NCBI RefSeq assembly: GCF_044704955.1 | Contig: NC_091984.1 | Span: forward strand, 145,700,001-145,764,000 | Direction: 5' to 3' | Source: Pristiophorus japonicus | Taxonomy: Eukaryota | DNA length: 64,000 bases | Shown: positions 38,176-52,649 of the stretch, in pieces | Numbering within the stretch: position 1 is the stretch's first letter | Layout of the letters: every line of letters starts with the position of its first letter | The notes under the pieces: model-generated | What the model was told of the DNA's origin: nothing | Databases searched by the model: none | The model's input: the letters and a program-made list of their open reading frames with translations, nothing else | Program-made: the position numbers and the translations under genes

Positions 38176-39892
38176 ACTAGTAGAGTGCCGCAGGGCTCAG
38201 TGCTGGGACCCCAGCTCTTTACAATATATATTAATGATTTAGATGATGGAATTGAGTGTAATATGTCCAAGTTTGCAGATGACACTAAACTGGGTGGCGG
38301 TATGTGCTGTGAGGAGGACGCTAGGAGTGATTTGAACAGGTTAGGCGAGTGGGCAAACACATGGCAGATGCAGTATAATGTGGATAAATGTGAGGTTATC
38401 CATTTTGGGGACAAAAACACAAAGGCAGAATATTATCTGAATGGCGGCAGATTACGAAAAGGGGAGGTGCAATGAGACCTGGGTGTCATGGTTCATCAGT
38501 CATTGACGGATGGCAGGCACGTACAGCAGGCGGTGAAGAAGGCAAATGGTATGTTGGCCTTCATAGCAAGGGGATTTGAGTATAAGAGCAGGGAAGTCTT
38601 ACTGCAGTTGTACAGGGCCTTGGTGAGGCCTCACCTGGAGTATTGTGTTCAGTTTTGGTCTCCTAATCTGAGGAAGGACGTTCTTGCTATTGAGGGAGTG
38701 CAGCGAAGGTTCACCAGACTGATTCCAGGGATGGCTGGACTGAAATATGAGGAGAGATTGGATCAACTGAGCCTTTATACACTGGAGTTTAGAAGGATGA
38801 GAGGGGATCTCATAGAAACATACAAGATTCTGACTGAACTGTACAGGTTAGATGCAGGAAGTGTGTTTCCACTGTTGGGGAAGTCCAGATCCAGGGAACA
38901 CAGTCTTAGGATAAGGGGCAGGCCATTTCGGAAGGAGGTGAGGAGAAACTTCTTCACTCAGAGAGTTGTTAACCTGTGGAATTCCCTGCCACAGAGAGTT
39001 GTTGTTCATTGGATATGTTCAAGAGGAAGTTAGATATGGCCCTTGCAGTTAAAGGGATCAAGGGGTATGGAGAGAAAGCAGGAAAGGGGTACTGAAAAAA
39101 TGATCAGCCATGTTCTTATTGAATGGTGGTGCAGGCTCGAAGGGCCTATTCCTGCACCTATTTTCAATGTTTCTATGTTTCTATCCTCATCCACCCTCTG
39201 TTACCTCATCAAAAAATGCAATCAAGTTAGTCACATGATTTGCCCGTAACCACTCGGTGCTGCCTCTCCGTTATTGGTCCGTGCTTATCCACATGGCTGC
39301 TCATTTTCTCGCGGATTATTGTCCTTGAAGCTCCCTCATCATAATGTTAAACTGACCGGCCTGTCATTAGCAGCTTTATCCCTCTCCCCTTTTTTGAACA
39401 AGGGTGTAATATTTACAATCCTCAGTCCCCTGGCCCCTGTATCTAATGAGGATTGGACGATTGTGGTCCGCCCCTCTGCACTTTCTACCTTTCCCTCAGT
39501 ATCCGAGGATGGCTCCTGTCCGCACCGGGTCACTTATCCACTTTAATTATTTCCATCCTTTCCAGTACCTCCTCTTTATCTACTTTTATCATCCAGTATC
39601 CCAACAGCCTCCTCGTTTACTGTAGTTTGGACAAAGCCCCCTTCCTTGGTAAACACTGGTGCACAGCGTCATTCAGTACCTCAGCGATACCTTCTGCCTC
39701 CACCAATCGATCTGTATTGTGCTCCCTAATCGGCCCCACTGCACCTCTGACAAACCTTTTACTGTTAATATGCCGATCGCCGTCCCGTCCTTTGTTCTCC
39801 AAAAGGAACGCTGAGGTGCTGCCCCAGGGTAGTGGCAGGGGCTACATGGAGCAAGAACATGTGTCTTCTCTCAGGCTGTGAGCATTCGTCCT

Positions 39893-41297
39893 GCCCCCAC
39901 TCCCCTCCCCCCACTGCCACTCCCCTCCCCCCACTGTCCCCACTGCCACTCCCCTCCCTCCACTGCCACTCCCCTCCCCCCACTGCCACTCCCCCCACTG
40001 CCACTGCCCCAGTGTCACTCTCCCCCCCGCACTGCCACTCCTCCACTGCCACTCCCCCTCCCCCCGCTGTCACTCCCCCCTCACCCCACTTCCCTGCCCC
40101 CACTGCCACTCCCCCTCCCCAAACTGCCACTCCCCCTCCATCCACTGCCACTCCCCTCCCCCCACTGCCACTCCCTCTACTGCCACCTCCCCCTCCCCTG
40201 CCACCACTCCCCTCCCCCCACTGCCACACCCCTCCCTCCACTCCCCATCCCCCCACTGCCACTCCCCTCCCCACACTGCCGCTCCCCCACCCCCCACAGC
40301 CACTACCCCTCCTCCCACTGCCACTCCCACTCCCCCACTGCCGCTGCCCCAACCCCCACAGCCACTCCCCTCCTCCCACTGATTCCCCCCACTGCCACTC
40401 CCCTCCACCCACTGCCACTCCCCCACTGCCACTCTCCCCCCCCCACTGCCACTCCCCCTCCCCCACTGCCACTCCTCCTACCCCCACTGCCCCTCCCCCA
40501 CTGCCACTTCCCCTTCCCCCACTGCCACTCCCCCTCCCCCCACTGCCACTCACCCACCCCCCACTGCCCCACCCCAGCCTGCCACTTCCCCTTCCCCCAC
40601 TGCCCCTCCCCCTCCCCACACTGCCACTCCCCTCCCCCCACTGCCACACCCTCTCCCCCCACTGCCACTCCCGCTACTGCCACTCCCCCCTTCCCCACTA
40701 CCACACCCCTCCCCCACTTCCCCCACTCCCCTCCCCCTCCCCTCATGCCGCTCCCCCTCCCACTCCCCCCACTGTCCCTCCCCCTCCCCCCACTGCCACT
40801 CCCCGGCCTGCCACTTCCCCTTCCCCCACTCCCCCTCCCTCCATGCCACTCCCGCTCCCCCCACTGCCACTCCCCTCGCCCCACTGCCATACCCTCTCCC
40901 CCCCACTGCCACTCCCGCTACTGCCACTCCCCCCTTCCCCACTACCACACCCCTCCCCCACTTCCCCCACTCTCCTCCCCCTCCCCTCATGCCGCTCCCC
41001 CTCCCCCCACTGTCCCTCCCTTTCCCCCCACTGCCACTCCCCCTACCCCCACTGCCACTTCCCCTTCCCCCACTGCCCCTCCCCCTCCCCCCACTGCCAC
41101 TCCCCCTCCCCCCACTGCCACTCCCCCTCCCCCCACTGCCAGTCCCCCTCCCCCCACTGCCCCTCCCCCCATTGCCACTTCCCCTTCCCCCACTGCCCCT
41201 CCCCCTCCCCCCACTGCCACTCCCCCTCCCCCCACTGCCACTCCCCCTCCCCCCACTGCCTTTCCCCGCTCCCCCCACTGCCACTCCACTGCCGCCC
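39893..41297. repeat. C-rich minisatellite, copy 2
   Basis: Same core as 18942-20420, with different length and unit order. Confidence 0.95.
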
Positions 41298-42630
41298 CAG
41301 GCCGAGATGGGGCAGTCTACAGCCGGGCCATCTAGGCCCAGAGCTGCTCGAGATGGTCCGGCAAGGCCATTCGCAGCCTCCCCCACTAAAAGTCAGCAGC
41401 CTTCCACCATCCATGCTGCAGCCCCTGGGGTAGCACTGTACAGGAGCACTCACTCGGACAGCCAAAGATACACGCAAGGCACCCACTGAGGGTATTCACA
41501 ACGGGGTTAGTTGAGTTTGTGATGTAATATTGGATGGATTGTTATATAACGTTGGGTTGGAATGTTTGTGTTGGGGGGGCCTTTATTGTGGCTGTGGGGC
41601 CAAGTGCTGGGTGTGATGGTCAGTTAGAGAGGGACAGCAAAGTGTGGGACTATTGGTCAATGGGGAGTGGGGGTTGGGTTCACTGGTACCACACTCGGAG
41701 GATTCGATCATGGACAGCCCGGGCAGAAAGGGGCTGTCTGGGTCACTACTCCCTTCCACTTCATCCTCCTCTTCCTTTTCCTCCTCCCCAGCTGCTCACT
41801 GTACACCTGGTGACAAGGACAGTGCCCTCCTGATGGTCGAGGTTGTGGGGCACGCAGCGGGCCACGACCAATCAGGACACATGTTCTGGTGAGTACAGCA
41901 GCACTCCTCCAGAGCGGCCCAGGCCGTGGAAGCATTGTTTCAGGACACCAATGTTCTGCTCCATCAGATTGTGTGTGGCAGCATGGCTCTCATTGTCCTC
42001 ATGCTGCCCACGTGTGGTTGGGTTGTGGAGCAGAGTCATGGAGCCCATGGTCAGTGGATAGCCCTTGTCGCCCAGTAGCCAGCCTCTGGTTTGTCTCGGT
42101 GGCTCAAAGACTGAGGGGGCAGCGGCCTGGTGCAGAATAAAAGCATTGTGACTGCTGCCAGGATACCGGGCATTCAGCATCATGATACGGATAGAATGGA
42201 CCCATTTCCCTCAGCAGAGGGGTCAACAACCAGGGGGCATAGATTTAAAGTAATTGGTGGCAGGTTTAGAGGGGAGATGAGGAAACAATTCTTCACCCAG
42301 AGGGTGCTGGGGGTCTGGAACTCATTGCCTGAAAGGGTGGGAGAGGCAGAAACCCTCACCACATTTAAAAAGTACTTGGATGTGCCCTTAAAGCGCCGTA
42401 ACCCACAGGGCTACGGACCCAGAGCTGGAAAGTGGGATTAGGCTGGGTAGCTCTTTGTTGGCCGGCGCGGACATGATGGGTCGAAATGGCCTCCTTCCGT
42501 GCTGTAATTTTCTGTGATTCTATGATCGTGCTGGTGGTGTTGACCACTTTAAAAATCGCAGCATACATTTTATTGAAGCTATTTCCGTCCCCAGTTTCCC
42601 CGCTGCCAATAATTGGATCAATCGATGTTG

Positions 42631-42646
42631 TAGCGCCCCCTTGTGG
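42631..42646 (-). promoter_or_regulatory. Candidate CTCF site (duplicate)
   Basis: Identical CCACAAGGGGGCGCTA on the minus strand. Confidence 0.6.
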
Positions 42647-45600
42647 TACATCTAAATGGGCTCCACACAAACCCCTGCTTTCAACCCTTGAACCCACATT
42701 GCCTACGCTAGCTGGAGCCCTGCTCCTTCGTCACAGCATCTCACAGCATAGAGGGAGGCTATTTGTCCCGTCAAACCTGTGCTGGCTCTTTGAAAGAGCT
42801 ATGGACTACTATGGCCTGGACCAATGATCCAGAGACACGAGTTCAAATCCCACCATGGCAGCTGGGGAATTTAAATTCAGTTCATTAAATAAATCTGGAA
42901 TACAAAGCTAGCGTCAGTAATGGTGACCATGAAACTGCCGGATTGTCGTAAAAACCCATCTACCTGGCCTGCTACCTTCAGGGATCTGTGGACATGCAAA
43001 CCAAGGTCCCTTTGTTCCTCTACACCTTTCAGTGTCCTGCCATTTAATGTGGATTCCCTTGCCTCGTTAGCCCAAATGCATGATCTCACACTTCTCTGGA
43101 TTAAATTCCATTTGCCATTGTTCTGCCCACCTGAACATTTCATTGATATATTCCTGCAGTCTACAGCTTTCTTCTTCATTATCAACCACACGGCTAATTT
43201 TACTATCATCGAACAAAATTCTTAATCATACCCCCTACATTCAAATCTAAATCCTCGATAGACACCACAAAAAGCAAGGGACCTTGTACTGAGCCCTGCG
43301 GAATCCCACGGGAAACAGCCTTCCAGTCACAAAAACACCCATCAACCATTACACTTTGCTTCCTGCCTCTGAGACAATTTTGGATCTAGCTTGCCACTTT
43401 GCCCTGGATCTCATGGGCTTTTACTTTCGATACCAGTCTGAAAAGTGGGACCTTCTCAAAAGTCTTGCTAAAATCCATAGACACTACATCAAACGCACAG
43501 CCCTCATCGACCCTCCACACACAGATTACCTTTATGGTCTCAATTAGGCCAATCTCTTTCTTTAATTATCCTCCTGCTCTTAATGTATTTATTAAACATC
43601 TTTGTGTTTTCCTTGATTTTACTTGCCAAAATGTTTTCATTCTCTCTCTTTCCTAATTTTCTTTTTAATTGCACCCCTGCACTTTCTATACTCCTCTAAA
43701 GTTCCTGCAGTATTGAGCCCTCGGTATCTGTCACAAGCCTCCCTTTTTTACTTTATCCTACACTGTATTTCACTTGACATCCAGGGGCCTCTAGATTTGT
43801 TAGTCCCACACTTTTTCTTTAAGGGAACAGACTTACTCTGAAACCACAGGATTTCCTCCTTGAATGCCTCCCACTGCTGAGATACTGATTTACCTTCAAG
43901 TAGCCGTTTCCAGTACACTTTGGCCAAATCTCATCTCAGCTCAGCAAAATTGGCTTTTCCCCAACTGAGTACTTTTATTCCTGGTCTATATTTGTCCTTT
44001 TCCATAACTACCTTAAATCTAACTGAATTATGATCATTAGCACCAAAATGCTCTCCCACTGATACCCCTTCCATCTGCCCCTTTTCATTCCCCAAAACCA
44101 AGTCCAGAACCGTCCCCTCCCTTGTCGGGCTTGATACATACTGGCTAAAAAAGTTCTCCTAAATGCATTTTAAGGAATTCCGCACCCTCTGTACCTTTCA
44201 CACTAATTTTAATATTAGGGTAGTTGAAATCCCCTACTCTTACTGCCTTATAGTTTTTTGCACTTGTCAGAAATGTGCCCACATATTTGCTCTTCTATCT
44301 CCCTCTGACTGTTTGGGGGTCTATAATACACTCCCAGCAGTGTGATTACTCCTTTTTTGTTCTTCAATTCGACCTATATAGCCTCATTTGATGATCCTTC
44401 CGACATATCATCCCTCCTCACAGCTGTAATTGTTTCTTTCAATTGTTTCACAACTGCGACCCCCTCCTTTTTTATCCCCCTCTCTATCCCGTCTGAAATC
44501 CTGTAACCAGGAATGTTGAGCTGCCATACCTGCCCTTCTTTCAGCCATGTCTCAGTAATAGCTATAATATCGTACTCCCAAATGTCTATCTGTGCTCTCA
44601 GCTCATCTGCCTTATTCCCTATACTCCTTGCAATGAAGTATATACCATTTAGCACTGCCAAACTGCCTTGTTGTCTATTTTCTAGGTTTGTTTCCTCTGT
44701 CTTCCAAATTCACTTTCTACTTTTCTGCTTTCAAATTCCAGCTTTGCTTCTCTCCCAACTGTATCTATTCTCCGTGACCCATCCCCTGCCAAGTTAGTTT
44801 AAACCCTCCCCAACAGCACTAGCAAAGCCCCCGCGAGAATATTGGTCCCAGTTCCGTTGAGGTGCAACCCGTCCGGCTTGTATAGGTCCCACCTCCCGCA
44901 GAAACGGTCCCAATGCCTCAGGAAACTAAAGCCCTCCCTCCTGCATCATCTTTCCAGCCACGCATTCATCTGCTCTATCCTCCTATTTCTGTACTCACTA
45001 GCACGTGGCACCGGGAGTAATCCGGAGATTACTACCTTTGAGGTTTTGCTTTTTAATCTCTCTCCAAGCTCCCAAAACTCTGCCTGTAGGACCTCATCCC
45101 TCTTTCTACCTATGTCATTGGTACCGATATGGACCACAACCTCTGGCTGTTCACCCTCCCCCTCAGAATGTACTGCAGCCACTCAGTGACATACTTGACC
45201 CTGGCACCATGCAGGCAACATACCATCCTGGAGCCACGTCTGCGGCCGCAGAAATGCCTGTCTGTTCCCCTAACTATCGAATCCCCTACCACTATTGCTC
45301 TTCCACTCTTCTTCCTCCCCGCTGTGCAGCTGAGCCACCCGTGGTGCCATGGACTTGGCTCTGGCTGCACTTCCTAGAGGCACCATCGCCCCCACCAGTT
45401 CTCAGAACACAATACTGGTTGGAGAGCGAGATGGACTCAGGGGACTCCTGCACTACCTGCCTGGACCTCCTCTTCTGTCTGGTGGTCACCCATTCCCTCT
45501 CTGCCTGCACACTCTTAAGCTGCGGGGTGGCCACCTCTAGAAACGTGCTATCCACGAAGTTCTCAGCCTCGCGGATGCACCGCAGTGACTCCAGCCGCCG

Positions 45601-47356
45601 CTCAATCTCCGAAACGCGGAGCTCGAGTTGCTGTAGCTGACACTTTCTGCACATGTGGTCGTCTAGGCCACGAGAAGTGTCCAGGACTTCCCACATGCCA
45701 CAGGATGTGCTCTCCATGGGACAGAACTGCCCTGCCATGCCTCTATTTAAAAGACTGAGAACTAACTTCGCAGAAATAAACTTAAAACGAAGAAAAAACA
45801 AATAACAACCCTGCCCTCATCATTCAGGCCATAATTTCGGGATTTGTTCACCCCACTGAGGACAAACACCGTCGATGGGCCATTAATGGGCCTTAAGATT
45901 TCAGCTCAGTCAGCTGTGGCTCAATGGGCAGCACACTCACCTCTGAGTCTGAAAGTTGTGGGTTCACGTCCCACTCCAGAGACGTGAAACGGATAGCACC
46001 CAGTGAGTCGTGTCCACCTCCTGTGAGCCGTGTCCATGAATGGTGTACGTGAGCCGTGTCCATGCTGGGCCTGCGGATCATTAACTGGGCCGCACTTCAC
46101 TTGCGGGGTGAAATTTATCGGGAGGTGCGTGCTGTCGCACCCCGTCATTAGTTTTTGACGATTTACCGGTCGGGCCTTTCTGTGCCGATGTGGTGGGGTC
46201 GATGCCGCGATGGTGCAGCCCGAAACTCGGCGCTGAGCCCACCCCCAGGGGAAGTGCAGCGCGCCACATTGCGCTCCATTTCCTGTCAGGTGTCGTGACC
46301 CCAATTCCGCTTCCAGGGCGGGATTTCGACGTGGGAAAAGTTACCGCCCCAACCGGGGCAATACGCAATTTGGGCCCATTATCTGGTCATAGCCACATGT
46401 GGGAGCTTGCTGTGCACAAACTGTCTGTCATGTCTTCTCTATTACCGCAGTGACTATACTTCAAAAGTACTTCATTGGCTGTAAAGCGTTTTGGGACATC
46501 CTGAGGTGGTGAAAGGCGCTATATAAATGCAAGTCTTTCTTTCCAATTCAGCTCGACATCTATGAAACCCAAACTCGCGGACAGTGACGGACAGGTAAAG
46601 ACCCTGTGGTCCATCCAGCCCGTCCCACACAATTGCAATACCTTGTATATCACAGTATCGACTCTCCACCCCACCCAAAACTACCTGATCTCCTGGGAGA
46701 GGCGAAAAACTAGGTAAAAAGCCCATTGAGGGGAAATAAATCTGGGAAACTCCTCTCTGACCTCTGCGCCCGCGCCCCCCCCTCCCCCCCGCCTGCAGGC
46801 GATGGAAACTACTCCAGGAGGTGACTGTGGCCCTGAATTCCCTGCAGTAACTACCTTCTGTAAGTGGTGATCTCCGCACCGGCCACAAACAGGTCCTGCT
46901 CTCGCTTATGTACAGCTCATGGATTTAAAATTACAAGCTTTCCCCACAGTGTCAAGTGCTGCAAATACGTGTTACATAGAAACATAGAAAATAGGTGCAG
47001 TAGCAGGCCATTCGGCCCTTCGAGCCTGCACCGCCATTCAATAAGATCATGGCTGATCATTCACTCAGTGCCCCTTTTATGCTTTCTCGCCATACCCCTT
47101 GACCCCTTAGCCATATCTAACTCCCTCTTGAATATATCCAATGAACTGGCATCAACAACTCTCTGCGGTAGGGAATTCCACAGGTTAACAACTCTCTGAG
47201 TGAAGAAGTTTCTTCTCATCTCAGGCCTCAATGGCCTACCCCTTATCCTGAGACTATGTCCCCTGGTTCCGGACTTCCCCAACATCGGGAACATTCTTCC
47301 CGCACCTAACCTGTCCCTTCCCGTCAGAATCTTATACATTTCAATGAGATCCCCTT

Positions 47357-49863
47357 TGTTGGGGAGGGCATCAAACTGGAAATTAGGGGTGCATGTAATA
47401 AAGGTGCAGCAGTTATCATGAGTTACTTTAATATGCATATAGATTGGGCTACCCAAACTGGAAACAATACGGTGGAGGAGGATTTCCTGGAGTGCATAAG
47501 GGATGGTTTTCTAGACCAATAAGTTGAGGAACCAACCAGGGGGGAGGCCATCTTAGACTGGGTGTTGTGTAATGAGAGAGGATTAATTAGCAATTTCGTT
47601 GTGCGAGGCCCCTTGGGGATGAGTGACCATAATATGGTGGAATTCTACATTAGGATGGAGAATGAAACAGTTAATTTAGAGACCATGGTCCAGAACTTAA
47701 AGAAGGGTAACTTTGAAGGTATGAGACGTGAATTGGCTAGGATAGATTGGCGAATGATACTTAAGGGGTTGACAGTGGATGGGCAATGGCAGACATTTAG
47801 AGACCGCATGGATGAACTATAACAATTGTACATCCCTGTCTGGCGTAAAAAATAAAAAAGGGAAGGTGGCTCAACCGTGGCTATCAAGAGAAATCAGGGA
47901 TAGTATTAAAGCCAAGGAAGTGACATACAAATTGGCCAGAAATAGCAGTGAACCTAGGGACTGGGAGAAATTTAGAACTCAGCAGAGGAGGACAAAGGGT
48001 TTGATTAGGGCAGGGAAAATAGAGTACAAGAGGAAGCTTACAGGGATCATTAAGACAGATTGCAAAAGCGTCTATAGCTATGTAAAGAGAAAAAGGTTAG
48101 TAAATACAAATCTAGGTCCCCTGCAGTCAGAATCAGGGGAAGTAAGAACTGGGAACAAATAAATGGCAGACTAATTGAAAAAATACTTTGGTTCGCTATT
48201 CACTAAGGAGGACACAAACAACCTTCCGGATATAAAAGGGGTCAGAGGGTCTAGTAAGAAGGAGGAACTGAGGGAAATCCTTATTAGTCAGGAAATTGTG
48301 TTGGGGAAATTGATGGGATTGAAGGCGGATAAATCCCCAGGGCCTGATGGTCTGCATCCCAGAGTACTTAAGGAGGTAGCCTTGGAAATAGCGGATGCAT
48401 TGACAGTCATTTTCCAACATTCTATTGACTCTGGATCAGTTCCTATCGAGTGGAGGGTAGCCAATGTAACCCCACTTTTAAAAAAATTAGGGAGAGAGAT
48501 AACAGGGAATTATAGACCGGTCAGCCTGACATCGGTAGTGGGTAAAATGATGCAATCAATAATTAAGGATGTCAAAGCAGTGCATTTGGAAAGAGGTGAC
48601 ATGATAGGTCCAAGTCAGCATGGATTTGTGAAAGGGAAATCATGCTTGACAAATCTTCTGGAATTTTTTGAGGATGTTTCCAGTAGAGTGGACAAGGGAG
48701 AACCAGTTGATGTGGTGTATTTGGACTTTCAGAAGGCTTTTGACAAGGTCCCACACAAGAGATTAATGTGCAAAGTTAAAGCACATGGGATTGGGGGTAG
48801 TGTGCTGATGTGGATTGAGAACTGGTTGGCAGACAGGAAGCAAAGAGTAGGAGTAAATGGGTACTTTTCAGAATGGCAGGCAGTGACTAGAGGGGTACCG
48901 CAAGGTTCTGTGCTGGGGCCCCAGCTGTTTACATTGTACATTAATGATTTAGACGAGGGGATTAAATGTAGTATCTCCAAATTTGCGGATGACACTAAGT
49001 TGGGTGGCAGTGTGAGCTGCGAGGAGGATGCTATGAGGTTGCAGAGTGACTTGGATAGGTTAGGTGAGTGGGCAAATGCGTGGCAGATGAAGTATAATGT
49101 GGATAAATGTGAGGTTATCCACTTTGGTGGTAAAAACAGAGAGACAGACTATTATCTGAATGGTGACAGATTAGGAAAAGGGGAGGTGCAAGAGACCTGG
49201 GTGTCATGGTACATCAGTCATTGAAGGTTGGCATGCAGGTACAGCAGGCGGTTCAGAAAGCAAATGGCATGTTGGCCTTCATAGCGAGGGGATTTGAGTA
49301 CAGGGGCAGGGAGTATTGTGTACAGTTTTGGTCTCCTAACTTGAGGAAAGACATTCTTGCTTTTGAGGGAGTGCAGCGAAGGTTCACCAGACTGATTCCC
49401 GGGATGGCGGGACTGACATATCAAGAAAGACTGGATCAACTGGGCTTGTATTCACTGGAGTTCAGAAGAATGAGAGGGAATCTCAAAGAAACGTTTAAAA
49501 TTCTGACGGTTAGACAGGTTAGATGCAGGAAGAATGTTCCCAATGTTGGGGAAGTCCAGAACCAGGGGTCACAGCCTAAGGGGTAAGCCATTTAGGACCG
49601 AGATGAGGAGAAGCTTCTTCACCCAGAAGTGGTGAAACTGTGGAATTCTCTGCCACAGAAAGTTGTTGAGGCCAATTCACTAAATATATTCAAAAAGGAG
49701 TTAGATGTAGTCCTTGCTACTAGGGGGATCAAGGGGTGTGGCGAGAAAGCAGGAATGGGGTACTGAAGTTGTATGTTCAGCCATGAACTCATTGAATGGC
49801 GGTGCAGGCTCGAAGGGCCGAATGGCTTACTCCTGCACCTATTTTCTATGTTTCTATGTTTCT
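47357..49863 (+). mobile_element. CR1 LINE, duplicate of 26493-29048
   Basis: 349-aa RT ORF 48175-49224; 45-bp deletion at ~49311 relative to copy 1. Confidence 0.92.
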
Positions 49864-51523
49864 ATCCTTCTAAACTCCAGTGAATAAAGGCCCAGTTGAT
49901 CCAGTCTCTCCTCATATAACAGTCCAGCCATCCCTGGAATTAGTCTGGTGAACCTTCGCTGCACTCCCTCAATAGCAAGAACGTCCTTCCTCAGATTAGG
50001 AGACCAAAACTGAACTCAATATTCCAGGTGAGGCCTCACTAAGGCCTTGTACAACTGCAGTCAGACCCCACTGCTCCTATACTCACATCCCCTAGCTAAG
50101 AAGGCCAACAAACCATTTGCCTTCTTCCCCCCCTGCTGTACCTGCACGCCGACTTTCAAAGACTGATGAACCATGACACCTAGGTCTCACTGCACCTCCC
50201 CTTTTCCTAATCTGCCGCCATTCAGACAATATTCTGCCTTCATGTTTTTGCCCCCAAAGTGGATAACCTCACATTTATCCACATTATACTGCATCTGCCA
50301 TGCATTTGCCCACTCACCTAACCTGTCCAATTCACTCTGCAGCCTCGTAGCATCCCTCCCACAGCTCACACTGCCACCCAGTTTAGTGTCATCTGCAAAC
50401 TTGGAGATATTACACTCAATTCCTTCATCCAAATCGTTAATGTATATTGTAAAGAGCTGGAGTCCCAGCACTGAGCCCTGCGGCACTCCACTAGTCACTG
50501 TCTGCCATTCTGAAAAGTGCCCATTTATCCCAACACTCTGCTTCCAACCAGTTCTCTATCCACGTCAGTACATTACCCCCAATACCATGCTTTGATTTTG
50601 CATAGCAATCTCTTGTGCGGGAACTTGTCAAAAAGCATTTTGAAAATCCAAATATACCACATCCACTGGTTCTCCCTTGTCCACTCTACAAGTAACATTC
50701 TCAAAAATTCCAGAATTTTTTATTATCAGGATTATATTATCAGGGTTATATTCTCACTGTCTGTCATTGTCACAACACTCGCTATATAAATGCAAGTTGT
50801 TGTTGTGTTCAGGGCCGCTGTATCTGGCTCAGGCTTCTTATCCATCCCCACTTCCCTTCCCCCTCTATTGGGGGCCGTGCCTTCAGCTGCCTGGGCCCTA
50901 ACTCCCTGCTCCCTAAACCTCTCTGCCACTCCACCCCTCTCCTCTTTTAAGACCTCCCTTCAAACCCAATCTGTGACTGAGGGTTTTGATCACCCTCCCA
51001 GCCCCTCCCCCTTTGGCTCAGCACCACTTTGACCAGATTACGCCTCTGTCAGCTGCCTTGGGATGTTGTTCTAATGTTCCAGTTTCTATAGCATTGTCGG
51101 TTGTACCTGGCAACAGAACGTCTCTGTGTGGATATACCCGATGCACCAAGCTCCACGGTGAGGCCTCCCACATTGGAATGGCCAGCCGATCCGCGCTGCA
51201 TTGTGGAGTGGCTGCTGACTTGCCAATCAGTCTGAGACACCGCCTCACGAGCGGACGAGGAGATACACGCTGAGATCCACCATCAAATGACATGTGGGGA
51301 ACTGGAAATGATTCTGCAAATCTGACTGGAGGTTTGGTCCAAACAGGTTTTACAAACCAATCAATTGAGTGACACAGAAATTGTCAAAAAATGTGGTCTT
51401 TTCAGAACCAACATCGCCCCCTTTTGGTATGAAGACAGCACTGTCAATTTCCCTCACAATTTGACTGAGCTGCAATTTTCAATGTCTCCTCACGTGGCTC
51501 GCTGTCAATCTTTATTTTATAAC

Positions 51524-52649
51524 TGTTATGCTCGTAATAAAAGGTGAGACCGAGTACTGTGTGTAATGAGCAAGTGTGACCTTAGCTCCTTTATTGTAGT
51601 TCCAGAGTGCAGGTACTTCGTGGGTGGCCTGCTTATAGACTGTACTCCCAAGGGATGCTGGGATCCCTTGGAACTCCAACAGGTCGGCACTCTGGTGGAC
51701 AGGTCTGATGCAGGTTACAAGGTTACAAGGGGTTAAATACATGACATCACTCCCCCGTGAAGTCAACAATACAATTACATGGTGAGACGATCTGGGTCTC
51801 TGCACTCCCTTGTCAATCGTCTCGGTACAAATGTTGATATGATTGGGTTGGTCAGTTCTTCATTGGACTGTTGGGCAGCCGGCCTTGCCGAGCTGCTGGT
51901 GATGACGAGTTCTGTTTCCTGGTCAACTGTGATGTCAGTTGCCACTTGTGTGTGTGTTGAAAGGTCAAAGTTGGTGGTGTCCTCCTGAGGTTGTCCGCAG
52001 CTGTTGGTGAATCGCAGTTTAATTTGGTCCAAGTGTTTTCTGTGCATTTGTCCATTGGTCATTTTGACCTCAAACACCCTACTCCCCTCTTTGGCTGTGA
52101 TCGTGCCAGCAAGCCATTTGGGACCATGTCCAAAATTGAGCATAAACGCAGAATCATTGATCTCAATATCGCGTGACATGTTTGCGCAGTCATGTACACA
52201 CTCTGTTGATGCCGCTTATCCTCCACATGATCATGCAGATCAGGGTGGGCCAGAGAGAGCATTGTTTTAAGCGCCCTTTTCATGAGCAGCTCGGCTGGGG
52301 GAATCCCTGTGAGTGAGTGGGGTCTGGTGCGGTAGCTGAGTAGTACTCGGGATAACCGATTCGGCAGGGAGCCTTCCGACACGCGTTTCAAGCTTTGCTT
52401 GATGGTCTGAACTGCCCGTTCTGCCTGGCCGTTGGATGCAGGCTTCAACAGCGGAGATGTGACATGTTTGATCCTGTTGCGGGTCATGAATTCTTTGAAT
52501 TCCGCACTAGTGAAGCATGGCCCATCGTCGCTGACTAGGACATTGGGAAGGCTGTGCGTGGCAAACATAGCTCTTAGACTTTCAATGGTGGCTGTGGACG
52601 TGCTTCCAGACATTACTGCACATTCAATCCATTTTGTGTCAGCATCCAC
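51524..52649 (-). mobile_element. Outer Gypsy 3' LTR and integrase remainder (copy 2)
   Basis: LTR 51524-51746; IN core within ORF 52059-52814. Confidence 0.9.
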
